Positions 7,755 to 15,981 of a stretch of DNA of 32,000 bases are shown in pieces. The position numbers and the translations under genes are program-made. Every line of letters begins with the position of its first letter. Position 1 is the stretch's first letter. The notes below the pieces were generated by a model that was given only the letters and a program-made list of their open reading frames with translations, searched no databases and had not been told where the DNA came from. The DNA lies in contig CP149973.1 in NCBI GenBank assembly GCA_029269845.2, forward strand, positions 150,001-182,000, read 5' to 3'. The DNA is from Opitutia bacterium KCR 482. Its GTDB lineage: Bacteria > Verrucomicrobiota > Verrucomicrobiia > Opitutales > Intestinicryptomonadaceae.

Positions 7755-8341
7755 TAATTGTCCGATTCGTCTTTTTTGATGTCTTCGCCCGAATTGAAAA
7801 CGGTGTCGGAAACAGACAGGACGTCGTCGTCTTTGATGTCGGGGGCGGGGGGCAGGAATTTTGTTGCGGGCTTGTAGATTAGCCCTTTGAAGCCCGTCAC
7901 GCGCACGTCTATTCTGCCGAGCTTTTCCACGCCCAAGTGTTCGCGGAAAGCGGAAGTCAACGCCGACTGGATTTCGCTTGTGGCGTCGGTGAGCTTCTGT
8001 CCGGATTCGAGTTTTAGGGCGACGTTCATGCAGAGTTTGCCGCGCTTTGTGTAGATTGAGACGTCGGGGCGGTTGAGCGCGCCGAGGCTATAACAGACGC
8101 TTTGCACAAGCTCGTCGAGAGCCTTGCGCGAAACTTCGACGACCCCCGCGCGGTTGTCGAAAAGCCTAATCGGCTTGCGGAAATTCTTGATTTTGCGGTA
8201 GAGCACAAGCAGGACGAACGCCGCGAGCGCGCCGCCGAGCATTTCGGGCGCGTAGGGTTGTTCCCATGCGGTTTTCACCAGTTTGATTGCGTTTTCAATC
8301 CATTCTCCCGCGGTTTTGATGTAGGCGTCGATATTGTCCAT
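7754..8341 (-). CDS. Membrane-anchored protein with an Asp23/Gls24 (alkaline-shock) like domain and acidic C-terminal tail
   Basis: 195 aa with one N-terminal TM helix (LGGALAAFVLLVLY). This is followed by GVVEVSRKALDELVQSVCYSLGALNRPDVSIYTKRGKLCMNVALKLESGQKLTDATSEIQSALTSAFREHLGVEKLGRIDVRVTG, which follows the Asp23 family pattern. Its stop codon overlaps the thiE ATG by 1 nt (TAATG). Good SD (AAGGAA). The function call is tentative. Confidence 0.65.
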   Translation of the reverse strand: MDNIDAYIKTAGEWIENAIKLVKTAWEQPYAPEMLGGALAAFVLLVLYRKIKNFRKPIRLFDNRAGVVEVSRKALDELVQSVCYSLGALNRPDVSIYTKRGKLCMNVALKLESGQKLTDATSEIQSALTSAFREHLGVEKLGRIDVRVTGFKGLIYKPATKFLPPAPDIKDDDVLSVSDTVFNSGEDIKKDESDN

Positions 8342-8393
8342 TTTTATTCCTTAATTACGGTTATTTAAGAGTCGGAATCGTTTTTTTTCAAGT

Positions 8394-10169
8394 TTATTTG
8401 TCGAAGGAGAGGTCGTCGGGCCACTCGCGCGTGTGCCCGTCGGCGGCGTTCTTTTTGCAGGCGTCGAGCAGGCAGGGCTCGCCGAATATTATATCGCGCG
8501 ACGGGTCGGTATTGTTAAAGATTTTCCAGAGAATTTTCGAGTTGTCGGAAATATCGACTTCCGGGTCGAAAATGGCGGCGACCTTGAAATGTTCGGCGAG
8601 GTCGGGCGCGTGTTTGAGCTTCTCCAAAATGTCTCTCCCGCGAGACTCTCCCTTTTTCACCGCGACCGCGCAGAAGAAATCGCGCGCGCAGAGCCTGTCG
8701 AACTGCGGAAGTTCGGCTTTCAGGTACGCCCCGATTTTCGCGACTGACGATTCGTCGGCGGGCGAAAGTTTTTTCACGCTTCGGGGGGCTTCGCCGTCGG
8801 TTCTTTCGGTGAGGTCGATTGCGATTTTCGCGCCGTGAAGCGGGTTTGGCGCGGAGTGGTCGAGCGCGTCGAGAACTCCGCTTGAAATCATAGCGTCCGA
8901 CTTCGGGTCGAAGCTTTCCACGAATTTGCGCCAGACCGCCCGCAGGTCGGACGGGTCCACGCTTTCGTCAACCACCGTGAGCGATTTGCAGAAGCTCATC
9001 TGCCCCTGTCCCCACAGCCCCGACGCCAGTTTCTGCGCGTGCGCGGGGAATTCCTTTTCAATGGAGACTACCGCGATGTTGTGGAAAACCCCCTCCCACG
9101 GCAGGAAATATTCTTTGATTTCGGGCATGACGGTTTTCAGCAGCGGCAGGAAAACGCGCTCCGTGGCTTTTGCCATGTAGCAGTCTTCCATTGGCGGCGG
9201 GCCGACGAGCGTTGCGCAGTAAATGGGCTTTTCCTTTCGGGTGATTGCCGTGAGGTGGAAGACGGGATACATGTCGGCGAGGGAGTAGTAGCCCGTGTGG
9301 TCTCCGAACGGGCCTTCGAGCCGCCGCTCGTCGCAGTCCACATAGCCTTCGAGAACGAACTCGGCGTCGGCGGGAACTTCCATGTCCACCGAGATGCACT
9401 TTGCCATCGGCACGCCTTTTTTGCGGAAGAAGCCCGCCAGAAGAAGCTCGTCTATTCCGCGCGGCATGGGGGCTGTCGCCGCGTAGATTGTGGCGGGGTC
9501 GGCTCCGATTGCGACCGCCACGGGCATGCGTTTTTTCGCTTTTGCGTACTCTTTGAAAAAGTGCGAGCCGTCTTTGTGGACATGCCAGTGCATGCCCGTA
9601 GTGTCGGCGTCGTAGACTTGCAGTCGGTACATGCCCAGATTCCGCTTTTTGCCGTCGGGCGACTTCGTGAAAACGAGCGGAAGGGTGATGAATCTGCCGC
9701 CGTCGTGCGGCCAGCATTTCAGCACGGGGATTTCGGAAAGGTCGATGTCTTTGCCCGTTTTTACGACCTCCTGACACGGCGGGCAGCCTCGGAATTTCCT
9801 GGGCAGAATGCGGGCGAGCGGGAGCGTCTTTTTTGCCAAGTCCCAAAAGTCGGCAAAGGATTTCGGCGGGTTTGCCTCCGTAAGCTCGGCGATTTCTCGA
9901 CCCGCGTCGGCGAGCCTTTCGATTCCGAGAGCCGCCGACATGCGCCTGTCGCTGCCGAAAAGGTTGACCGCTACGGGGAAGGACTTTCTGCCGTTGTCCA
10001 CCACGTTTTCGAAAAGCAGAGCCTTGCCGCCGTCGGGCTTTTTCGATTCGGCGTCGGCGTATTTCGAGATTTCAACAATCGGCGAAACCTCGTCTTTTAT
10101 GCGCACGAGTTCCCCCGCCGCGTCGAGCATGTCGATAAATTCGGATATGTTTTTGTAGGATTTTTTCAC
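8394..10169 (-). CDS. UbiD-family decarboxylase, long menaquinone (futalosine pathway) type (proposed MqnL)
   Basis: UbiD hallmarks present: LFENVV.., GMYRLQV, WHVHKDG, GPFGDHTGYY, about 591 aa. I place the start at GTG 10169 (VKKSYKNISEFIDML...), which overlaps the ubiX stop as GTGA. The 712-aa track ORF extends spuriously through ubiX. Confidence 0.85.
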   Translation of the reverse strand: MKKSYKNISEFIDMLDAAGELVRIKDEVSPIVEISKYADAESKKPDGGKALLFENVVDNGRKSFPVAVNLFGSDRRMSAALGIERLADAGREIAELTEANPPKSFADFWDLAKKTLPLARILPRKFRGCPPCQEVVKTGKDIDLSEIPVLKCWPHDGGRFITLPLVFTKSPDGKKRNLGMYRLQVYDADTTGMHWHVHKDGSHFFKEYAKAKKRMPVAVAIGADPATIYAATAPMPRGIDELLLAGFFRKKGVPMAKCISVDMEVPADAEFVLEGYVDCDERRLEGPFGDHTGYYSLADMYPVFHLTAITRKEKPIYCATLVGPPPMEDCYMAKATERVFLPLLKTVMPEIKEYFLPWEGVFHNIAVVSIEKEFPAHAQKLASGLWGQGQMSFCKSLTVVDESVDPSDLRAVWRKFVESFDPKSDAMISSGVLDALDHSAPNPLHGAKIAIDLTERTDGEAPRSVKKLSPADESSVAKIGAYLKAELPQFDRLCARDFFCAVAVKKGESRGRDILEKLKHAPDLAEHFKVAAIFDPEVDISDNSKILWKIFNNTDPSRDIIFGEPCLLDACKKNAADGHTREWPDDLSFDK

Positions 10170-10762
10170 AGTCCCCACTCCCTTATGAACGTTTGTTTGA
10201 AGCCCATCGCCTGCACGATTCGCGCGGCGATTGTGTCGGCGATGTCGTCGGCGGTTTTCGGTTTTCCGTAGAACGACACGCACGGCGGAAGCACCGTAGC
10301 CCCCGCAAGAAAAAGCGTTTCCATGTTGCGGATATGCGAGAGCGCAAGCGGCGTCTCGCGCGGGCAGACAACCAGCCTGCGGCGTTCCTTCAAGGCGACT
10401 TCCGCCGCGCGTACAATCAGGTTGTCGGCGATTCCGCACGCGAGCTTTCCGAGGGTTTTCATCGAGCACGGCGCGATTGCCATTGCGTCGAATAAAAACG
10501 AGCCGCTCGCGGGAGGCGCGCGGAAATTGCACTCGTCGAAAAATTTTACCGTCCGAGCGGACACTCCGAGCCGTTCGAGAGCTGCGGCGGCGTCGGACGC
10601 GCCGTCGATTTCGTCGGGTATGATTTCCGCGGCGGCGTCGCTTACAATGCAGTATACTTCGGCGGCGGCGCGGACGAGCATCGCCGCAGTCCGTATCCCG
10701 ATTGTCGCGCCCGAAGCCCCCGTAATCGCCACGACCGCGCGTTTTTTTTGTGCGCTATCCAT
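10166..10762 (-). CDS. ubiX: Flavin prenyltransferase UbiX (makes prenyl-FMN for the UbiD-type enzyme; proposed MqnM)
   Basis: 198 aa. VVAITGASGATIGIR, MAIAPCSMKTL..ACG, RRLVVCPRETPL and FYGKP are typical of UbiX/Pad1. Confidence 0.9.
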   Translation of the reverse strand: MDSAQKKRAVVAITGASGATIGIRTAAMLVRAAAEVYCIVSDAAAEIIPDEIDGASDAAAALERLGVSARTVKFFDECNFRAPPASGSFLFDAMAIAPCSMKTLGKLACGIADNLIVRAAEVALKERRRLVVCPRETPLALSHIRNMETLFLAGATVLPPCVSFYGKPKTADDIADTIAARIVQAMGFKQTFIREWGL

Positions 10763-11636
10763 GTCGAAAAATTATGTTGGAAAGCGTTCCCGCGAAAATC
10801 AGCGCGGAAATCGAAACGCTTTCGTAGAAGAAAACGAGCTGGGTTTTAGCCTCGCCGAATTTCGTAATCGCGTAGATTCCGTAGGCATACATGGCGGCGA
10901 TTGCCGCAACGCATGCGTAGTAAACCCAGTTCAATCCGAAGAGAACGCCCGTCGCCGCAAGGCACGCCGCCGCCGCCGCGAACGAAACCGACGCAATGCG
11001 GAGCGTGTTTTTGCGCCCGAACCTCGCGGGCACGGAATGCAGGTTGTGGGCGATGTCGAACTTTTCGTCCTGCAAGGCGTAGATGAGGTCGAATGCGGAA
11101 ATGTTGAAAAACAGGGCGAAGCCGAGAGCCAGAATGCGCGGGTCGAGGGAGTCCGTCGCCGCAATCCACGCGCCTATCGGCGCGAGCGCGAGCGCGGCCC
11201 CCAAGATGTAGTGCGCCGCGCAGGTGAAGCGTTTTGCGTACGAGTACCCCAGCAGCACGACGAGCGCGGGGAACGACAGCCAAAAGCACAGCCGGTTTAT
11301 CATCGCCGCGGAAAGCGAAAAGACCGCTACCGAAATCGCCGTAAAAACCGCGGCGTCTCGCACGGAGATTTCGCCCGTGGCGGTGGGGCGGTTTGCGGTG
11401 CGCGGGTTGAGAATGTCGAACTTTCGGTCTGCGATTCTGTTGAAGCCCATCGTCGCCGACCTCGCCGCCGCGAACGCAACGACCGTCCAAAATATTTTGC
11501 CCGCCCCGAAGCCGAAGCCCGCCAAATGCGCCAAACACAACGCCGAAAGCGCGAACGGAAGCGCGAACAGAGTGTGCCCGAGCTTTATCATTTCGGCGTA
11601 AATCTTTGCGGATTTAAAGAAATTCATTGTATCCAT
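10755..11636 (-). CDS. UbiA-family polyprenyltransferase (4-hydroxybenzoate polyprenyltransferase-related; proposed MqnP)
   Basis: Start placed at MDTMNFFKSAKIYAEMIKLGHTLFALPFAL (ATG rc of 11634-11636). It has the NRIADRKFD Asp-rich motif and YALQDEKFD as the second motif, with about 9 TM segments. The track ORF (388 aa) is over-extended upstream. It overlaps the ubiX start by 8 nt. Confidence 0.85.
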   Translation of the reverse strand: MDTMNFFKSAKIYAEMIKLGHTLFALPFALSALCLAHLAGFGFGAGKIFWTVVAFAAARSATMGFNRIADRKFDILNPRTANRPTATGEISVRDAAVFTAISVAVFSLSAAMINRLCFWLSFPALVVLLGYSYAKRFTCAAHYILGAALALAPIGAWIAATDSLDPRILALGFALFFNISAFDLIYALQDEKFDIAHNLHSVPARFGRKNTLRIASVSFAAAAACLAATGVLFGLNWVYYACVAAIAAMYAYGIYAITKFGEAKTQLVFFYESVSISALIFAGTLSNIIFRHG

Positions 11637-11671
11637 CTTTGCGTTTTCGGAAAAAATCGCAAACCAAAAGT

Positions 11672-11685
11672 GGCGGACGTCCGCC
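11672..11685. promoter_or_regulatory. Perfect 14-bp palindrome GGCGGACGTCCGCC in the divergent mqn promoter region
   Basis: Read directly from the sequence; it is its own reverse complement. It sits in the 91-bp spacer between the ubiA-type gene start (11636) and the mqnE start (11728). Confidence 0.3.
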
Positions 11686-11727
11686 CGAAGCCGCCGCCGA
11701 GCCGCCCGCAATTCGCGGAGGAGAGGA

Positions 11728-12831
11728 GTGCCGGAGCGTTTGTTCCGCGCCTGTCTGCTTGACAAAAGCGCGGCTTGTGCCATGCTTGTCCGAATGGAAA
11801 ATTTTGCAGACAGAAGCGGATGCATCGGACGCGAAGAGGCTCTCGAACTTTTGAAATCGGGCAGTCCGCTCGATTTGGGCGAACGCGCCGACGCCGCCCG
11901 CAGGGCGCGCCACGGCAACAAGGCTTATTACGCGGTGAACGCGGCGATAACGTATTCGAATATTTGCGAGGCTCTCTGCCCCATTTGCTCGTTTTCCAGA
12001 AAGGAGGGGCAGGAAGGCTCCTACCTGCTTTCGCCCGACGAAGTGCGCGAAAGGGCGGCGAACTTTTCGAAAATGGGCGCGGAGGAAATCCACATCATCG
12101 GCGGCATGTACTCCAAGCTTCCGCTGGCGTACTACATCGACGTTGTGAAAGCCGTGAAAGACGCCGACCAAAAGCTCAACGTGGTGTCGTTCACGGTGTC
12201 GGAATGCGTGCTGATGTCGCGGGTGTCGGGGCTGCCGCTCGAAACCGTAATCCGCATGCTCATGGACGCGGGAACGGGCGCGCTCCCCGGGGGAGGCGCC
12301 GAAATTTTCGACGACGCCGTGCGCGAAAAAATCTCGCCGAACAAGCTCACCGCCGACGAATGGCTCGGCGCAATGCGCGTCGCCCACCGCTGCGGCTTGA
12401 AGACAAACGCCACAATGCTTTACGGGCACATCGAAACGCCCGAAACGGTCGTAGACCATCTGTTCAGGCTGCGCGAATTGCAGGACGAAACGGGCGGCTT
12501 CAAGGCGTTCGTGCCGCTTCCGTTCAGGCGCGGCGCAAGCGCGATTAGCTCGAAGGCGTCGGGCGTGTACGACCTCAAAATATGCTCGCTTGCGAGAATC
12601 GTTCTCGACAATTTTCCGCATATCCGCGTGCCGATTCCGCACTTCGGCGACAGAATGGCGCAGATACTGCTTAACTTCGGCGCGGACGACATCGGCGGAA
12701 CGCACTGGCATGAGGAGGTCGCGGCGGCGGCGGGAGCGGCTAAAACGGAGCGCACCGAAGAGTTCATGCGGCGCACGATAGCCGGAGCGGGCTTCGAGCC
12801 GGTGAAATGCAATTCCAATTATGGCGCATAG
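11728..12831 (+). CDS. mqnE: Aminodeoxyfutalosine synthase (radical SAM, MqnE)
   Basis: CEALCPIC radical-SAM cluster. NATMLYGHIETPETVVDHLFRLRELQDETGGFKAFVPLPF and LDNFPHI match my recollection of the MqnE/CofH branch rather than MqnC. GTG start at 11728 is preceded by GGAGGAGAGGA. ATG 11782 or 11794 are alternative starts. Confidence 0.8.
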   Translation: MPERLFRACLLDKSAACAMLVRMENFADRSGCIGREEALELLKSGSPLDLGERADAARRARHGNKAYYAVNAAITYSNICEALCPICSFSRKEGQEGSYLLSPDEVRERAANFSKMGAEEIHIIGGMYSKLPLAYYIDVVKAVKDADQKLNVVSFTVSECVLMSRVSGLPLETVIRMLMDAGTGALPGGGAEIFDDAVREKISPNKLTADEWLGAMRVAHRCGLKTNATMLYGHIETPETVVDHLFRLRELQDETGGFKAFVPLPFRRGASAISSKASGVYDLKICSLARIVLDNFPHIRVPIPHFGDRMAQILLNFGADDIGGTHWHEEVAAAAGAAKTERTEEFMRRTIAGAGFEPVKCNSNYGA

Positions 12832-13585
12832 TTTCGGCAGGGTTTCGTACATCAACAGCATTCCGCTTTTCTGCGCGGAACCGCCGTTCGACGTGCGCGA
12901 GGCAGTGCCGTCGAAGCTTAACGCCGCGGTCGAAAGCGGCGCGCTCGACATCTCGCTAATCTCGCGCTGGATTTATCCGAAAGTCGCAAAAGACTATGCG
13001 GTTATCCCCGATTTTTGCATAGGAGGCGACGGCGAAATAATGTCGGTAAAGCTGTTTTCGCGCGCGCCCCTCGGGCGGCTCGGCGGGCGCAAAATTTTCA
13101 TCACTTCCGAAAGCGGCACGTCAATCAGGGCGTTCCGCTACGCGATGGTCAAAAAATACAAAATCGACATCTTTGCGCTTCCGCGCGCCGACGGAATCGC
13201 CGATGCCGACGCCGTTTTGCTTATCGGCAACCGCGCCCTTTCTTTCGACGCCTCCGACTACGGCTTTGTCGCCGACTTGGGCGAACTCTGGAAAGAGGTT
13301 GCGGAAGTGCCCATGATTTACGCGGTGGCGGTTGCGCGGCGCGGAATCTTCGGCGGGGCGGAGGGCGAAGTGCGCGAATATTTCGGAAAGTCGCTCGAAC
13401 TGTTCGAATCGCAAAAGCCGCGCTGGCTCGACGTCGCCGCAAGACGCTTCGAGCAGTCGGAGGGCGTGCCGATTGCGCGTTCGGTTTTGGAAAAATACTA
13501 CTCGCGCCTGATTTACAGATTCGACGGCGGCGAGTTCGAAAAATCATTTAAATATGTGGAGGCTCTCGATGGATATATCGGATAA
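12821..13585 (+). CDS. mqnA: Chorismate dehydratase (MqnA)
   Basis: 254 aa. FGRVSYINSIPLF...PSKLNAAVESGALDISLIS follows the periplasmic-binding-fold MqnA pattern. Overlaps the mqnE stop by 11 nt. Confidence 0.85.
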   Translation: MAHSFGRVSYINSIPLFCAEPPFDVREAVPSKLNAAVESGALDISLISRWIYPKVAKDYAVIPDFCIGGDGEIMSVKLFSRAPLGRLGGRKIFITSESGTSIRAFRYAMVKKYKIDIFALPRADGIADADAVLLIGNRALSFDASDYGFVADLGELWKEVAEVPMIYAVAVARRGIFGGAEGEVREYFGKSLELFESQKPRWLDVAARRFEQSEGVPIARSVLEKYYSRLIYRFDGGEFEKSFKYVEALDGYIG

Positions 13586-14627
13586 AATCGCAAACGGCGG
13601 GCGCGTTTCGGAGGCGGAGGCCCTCGCGCTTTTCGACGCGCCGCTCTTCGAATTGGGGCGCATGGCCGACGCCCGCAGGCGCAGTCTCGACCCGTCGGGA
13701 GAGGCGGGGTATATCGTCAACCGCATGGTGAACTATTCCAATGTCTGCAAGGCGATGTGCGCGTTTTGCGCGTACCACGCAAAGGCGGGCAGAATCTCGC
13801 CGTACACGCTTTCGGACGACGAAATTTTGCGGCTTTGCGGCGACGCCGTCGAGCGCGGCGGCGTCCAGCTGATGTTGCAGGGCGGCCTCCACCCCGACTT
13901 CCGCCTCGAATGGGCGGAGGGTCTTTTGCGGCGGATAAAGGCGGCGTATCCCGATCTTTGGCTGCATGTGTTTTCGCCGTCCGAAATCGTCTGGTTCGCG
14001 AGGGGCGCGGGGATTGCGATTGCCGACTGCGTGCGCCGCCTCAAAGACGCGGGCGCGGATTCCGTTCCGGGGGCTGCCGACATTCTCGTGCCGCGCGTGC
14101 GCGCCGAAGTTTGCGGCAACAAGTGCACTGTCGAGGAATGGACCGAGGTTATGCGCTCGCTTGCGCATATCGGCATGTACTCGTCGGCAACAATGACTTT
14201 CGGCATAGGCGAAAACCTTTCCGAGCGCATAGAGCACCTTTCGCGGATAAGGAAAATTCAGGACGAAACGGGTGTCTTCAAGGCGTTCATCGCGTGGCCC
14301 GTCGCCCCCGAAAACACCGAAATAGAGGGGAAAGTGGAGCGCGTCGGCTCGCCCGAATTTCTGAAAATGCTGGCGGTCTCGCGCATATTTTTGGACAACG
14401 TAAAATACGTGCAGTCGGGCTGGCTGACCGAGGGGCTGAGGGCGGCGGAAGTCGCGCTGCTTTTCGGGGCGAACGACGTCGGCGGGGTGCTCATGGACGA
14501 AATGGTGGTCCGCGCAGCGGGAATCGACAACAGGGCGACCGCCGAAAACATGCGCAGGGTTATCCGCAACGCGGGTTTCCGCCCGCGCGAACGCGACGGT
14601 CTCTACAATACAATACGCGCATTCTAA
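13569..14627 (+). CDS. mqnC: Cyclic dehypoxanthine futalosine synthase (radical SAM, MqnC)
   Basis: YIVNRMVNYSNVCKAMCAFCAY, LMLQGGLHPD, SSATMTFGIGENLSERIEHLSRIRKIQDETGVFKAFI and SRIFLDNVKYVQSGWLTEG resemble the MqnC sequences I recall. Start chosen at ATG 13569 (GTGGAGG SD 6 nt upstream); the track start at 13554 is also possible. Confidence 0.8.
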   Translation: MDISDKIANGGRVSEAEALALFDAPLFELGRMADARRRSLDPSGEAGYIVNRMVNYSNVCKAMCAFCAYHAKAGRISPYTLSDDEILRLCGDAVERGGVQLMLQGGLHPDFRLEWAEGLLRRIKAAYPDLWLHVFSPSEIVWFARGAGIAIADCVRRLKDAGADSVPGAADILVPRVRAEVCGNKCTVEEWTEVMRSLAHIGMYSSATMTFGIGENLSERIEHLSRIRKIQDETGVFKAFIAWPVAPENTEIEGKVERVGSPEFLKMLAVSRIFLDNVKYVQSGWLTEGLRAAEVALLFGANDVGGVLMDEMVVRAAGIDNRATAENMRRVIRNAGFRPRERDGLYNTIRAF

Positions 14628-14628
14628 A

Positions 14629-15372
14629 ATGAAATTCGCAATCACACCCTGTCCCAACGACACGTTCACATACTTCGGGCTAATCGACGGCGCGGTTGAG
14701 TCGGACTTCGAATTCGTTTTCGACGACATCGAAAACCTCAACCTCGCCGCCGAAAACGGAACGTATCCGATTACAAAAATGTCCTTTGCCCAGTACGCGA
14801 AGTGCGACGGCAAATACGAGCTTCTCGACGCGGGCGCGGCTCTCGGAATGGGCACGGGACCCGTGCTTGTCGGGCGCGGGGAAATCGACGCCGACTGCGT
14901 ATTCGCAGTCCCCGGCATAAACACGACGGCGGCGCTGCTGCTCAAACACAAATTCGGCAAAAACGTAAAAATGCGCCCGATGCACTTTCGGAAAATCGCA
15001 GACGCCGTGGCGGCCGGCGAATTCCGCGCGGGAGTGCTCATTCACGAGGGGCGTTTTGTGTACGAATCTCTCGGACTCGAACTGCTGTGCGACTTGGGCG
15101 CGGAGTGGAGCAACTCGACGGGGCTTCCCGTGCCGCTCGGCTGCATCTGCGTGCGCCGCGATTTTTCGGAACGCCGCCCCTCGATCGAGTCGGCAATCCG
15201 CGCAAGCCTGAGCGCGGCGTTCGCCGACCCCGAAAAAACCTACCCGTATGTCGCAAACATGGCGCAGTACCTCGACCCAGACGTGCTGAGAAAACACATC
15301 TACGCGTTCGTCAACGACTACTCTTTCGACATCTCCCCGATAAGAAAAAAACTTCTGGATTCTCTATGCTAA
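14629..15372 (+). CDS. mqnD: 1,4-dihydroxy-6-naphthoate synthase (MqnD)
   Basis: 247 aa. MKFAITPCPNDTFTYFGLIDG...FDDIENLN...ITKMSF is the MqnD (VitK2_biosynth) signature. It starts 1 nt after the mqnC stop. Confidence 0.85.
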   Translation: MKFAITPCPNDTFTYFGLIDGAVESDFEFVFDDIENLNLAAENGTYPITKMSFAQYAKCDGKYELLDAGAALGMGTGPVLVGRGEIDADCVFAVPGINTTAALLLKHKFGKNVKMRPMHFRKIADAVAAGEFRAGVLIHEGRFVYESLGLELLCDLGAEWSNSTGLPVPLGCICVRRDFSERRPSIESAIRASLSAAFADPEKTYPYVANMAQYLDPDVLRKHIYAFVNDYSFDISPIRKKLLDSLC

Positions 15373-15938
15373 GAGCCGTATTTTTCGCAACCCGAATGGA
15401 GGCCGAGCGCGTTCTCGCCGAAAAAAAATTCGGATACAAACAAATCTGCGCCGAGCCGTTCAGGGTCTGGCGCAATCGGCGGAATCTGATTGTAATCACG
15501 GGAATCGGGCTTGTGAACGCGTCGGTCGCGTTCGCGTGGGCGGCGCGGAAATTCAGGTTCGGCGACGTTCTCAACGTGGGCGCGGCGGGGGCTACGGCGT
15601 TCGGCGGCAAACCCGTCGAGATGGGGAAATTCTACAAAATTTCGAAAGTGGTGTGCCTCGAACCCTACAACGAAATGACGTTCAGGCTCGGACGCGCGGG
15701 CAGGGCGTTGGTGTCGAGCGGCAGCCCCGTTTCGACGCGCGAGGAGCGCGAGTATGCGGGAAAATTCGCGCCGCTTGTCGACATGGAGGGCTACGCGCTC
15801 GCGCGGGCGGCGGAGGTTTTCGGCAAAAAAATTTCGATGGTGAAAATGGTGACCGACTTTTCGCACGAATGCGATATTTCCGGAAACATAAAAAAGATGT
15901 CCGAAAAATTCGCGCAAATGGAGGGCGTCTGGATTTAA
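15366..15938 (+). CDS. mqnB: Futalosine hydrolase / nucleosidase of the PNP_UDP_1 family (MqnB), short form of 190 aa
   Basis: MLRAVFFATRMEAERVL...IVITGIGLVNAS...NVGAAGA...VDMEGYALARAA is the MTA/SAH-nucleosidase-like fold. Position in the mqn operon supports MqnB. The ATG at 15366 overlaps the mqnD stop by 7 nt. It lies inside a longer spurious track ORF (14802..15938). Confidence 0.65.
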   Translation: MLRAVFFATRMEAERVLAEKKFGYKQICAEPFRVWRNRRNLIVITGIGLVNASVAFAWAARKFRFGDVLNVGAAGATAFGGKPVEMGKFYKISKVVCLEPYNEMTFRLGRAGRALVSSGSPVSTREEREYAGKFAPLVDMEGYALARAAEVFGKKISMVKMVTDFSHECDISGNIKKMSEKFAQMEGVWI

Positions 15939-15981
15939 CGCTTGAAAATCCGCGGGCGCGGCAAAATAGTCTTCGTTTTTT

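Noticed and set aside
7755-8393. TPP riboswitch controlling thiE
   Set aside because: thiE is translationally coupled to the upstream ORF. The 52-bp spacer before that ORF lacks the CUGAGA / ACCUGAUCUGGAUAAUGCCAGCG elements.
8394-10532. 712-aa track ORF for the UbiD-type gene
   Set aside because: The first 121 codons overlap ubiX in another frame and are Arg/Asn/Gly-rich nonsense (MQFPRASRERLVFIRRNGNR...). UbiD homology begins at VKKSYKNISEF, where a GTG overlaps the ubiX stop (GTGA). I annotated 8394-10169 instead.
11614-12951. 445-aa minus-strand ORF antisense to mqnE. Similar long antisense ORFs occur at 13548-15041 (497 aa), 22049-24022 (657 aa), 28950-30536 (528 aa), 17988-19067 (359 aa), 2117-3301 (394 aa), 9039-10271 (410 aa) and 10323-11762 (479 aa).
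   Set aside because: All lie exactly opposite genes with strong, recognisable homology. They have Arg/His/Ala/Gly-rich low-complexity compositions and no recognisable motifs. They are the expected stop-codon-poor antisense frames of a GC-rich genome.
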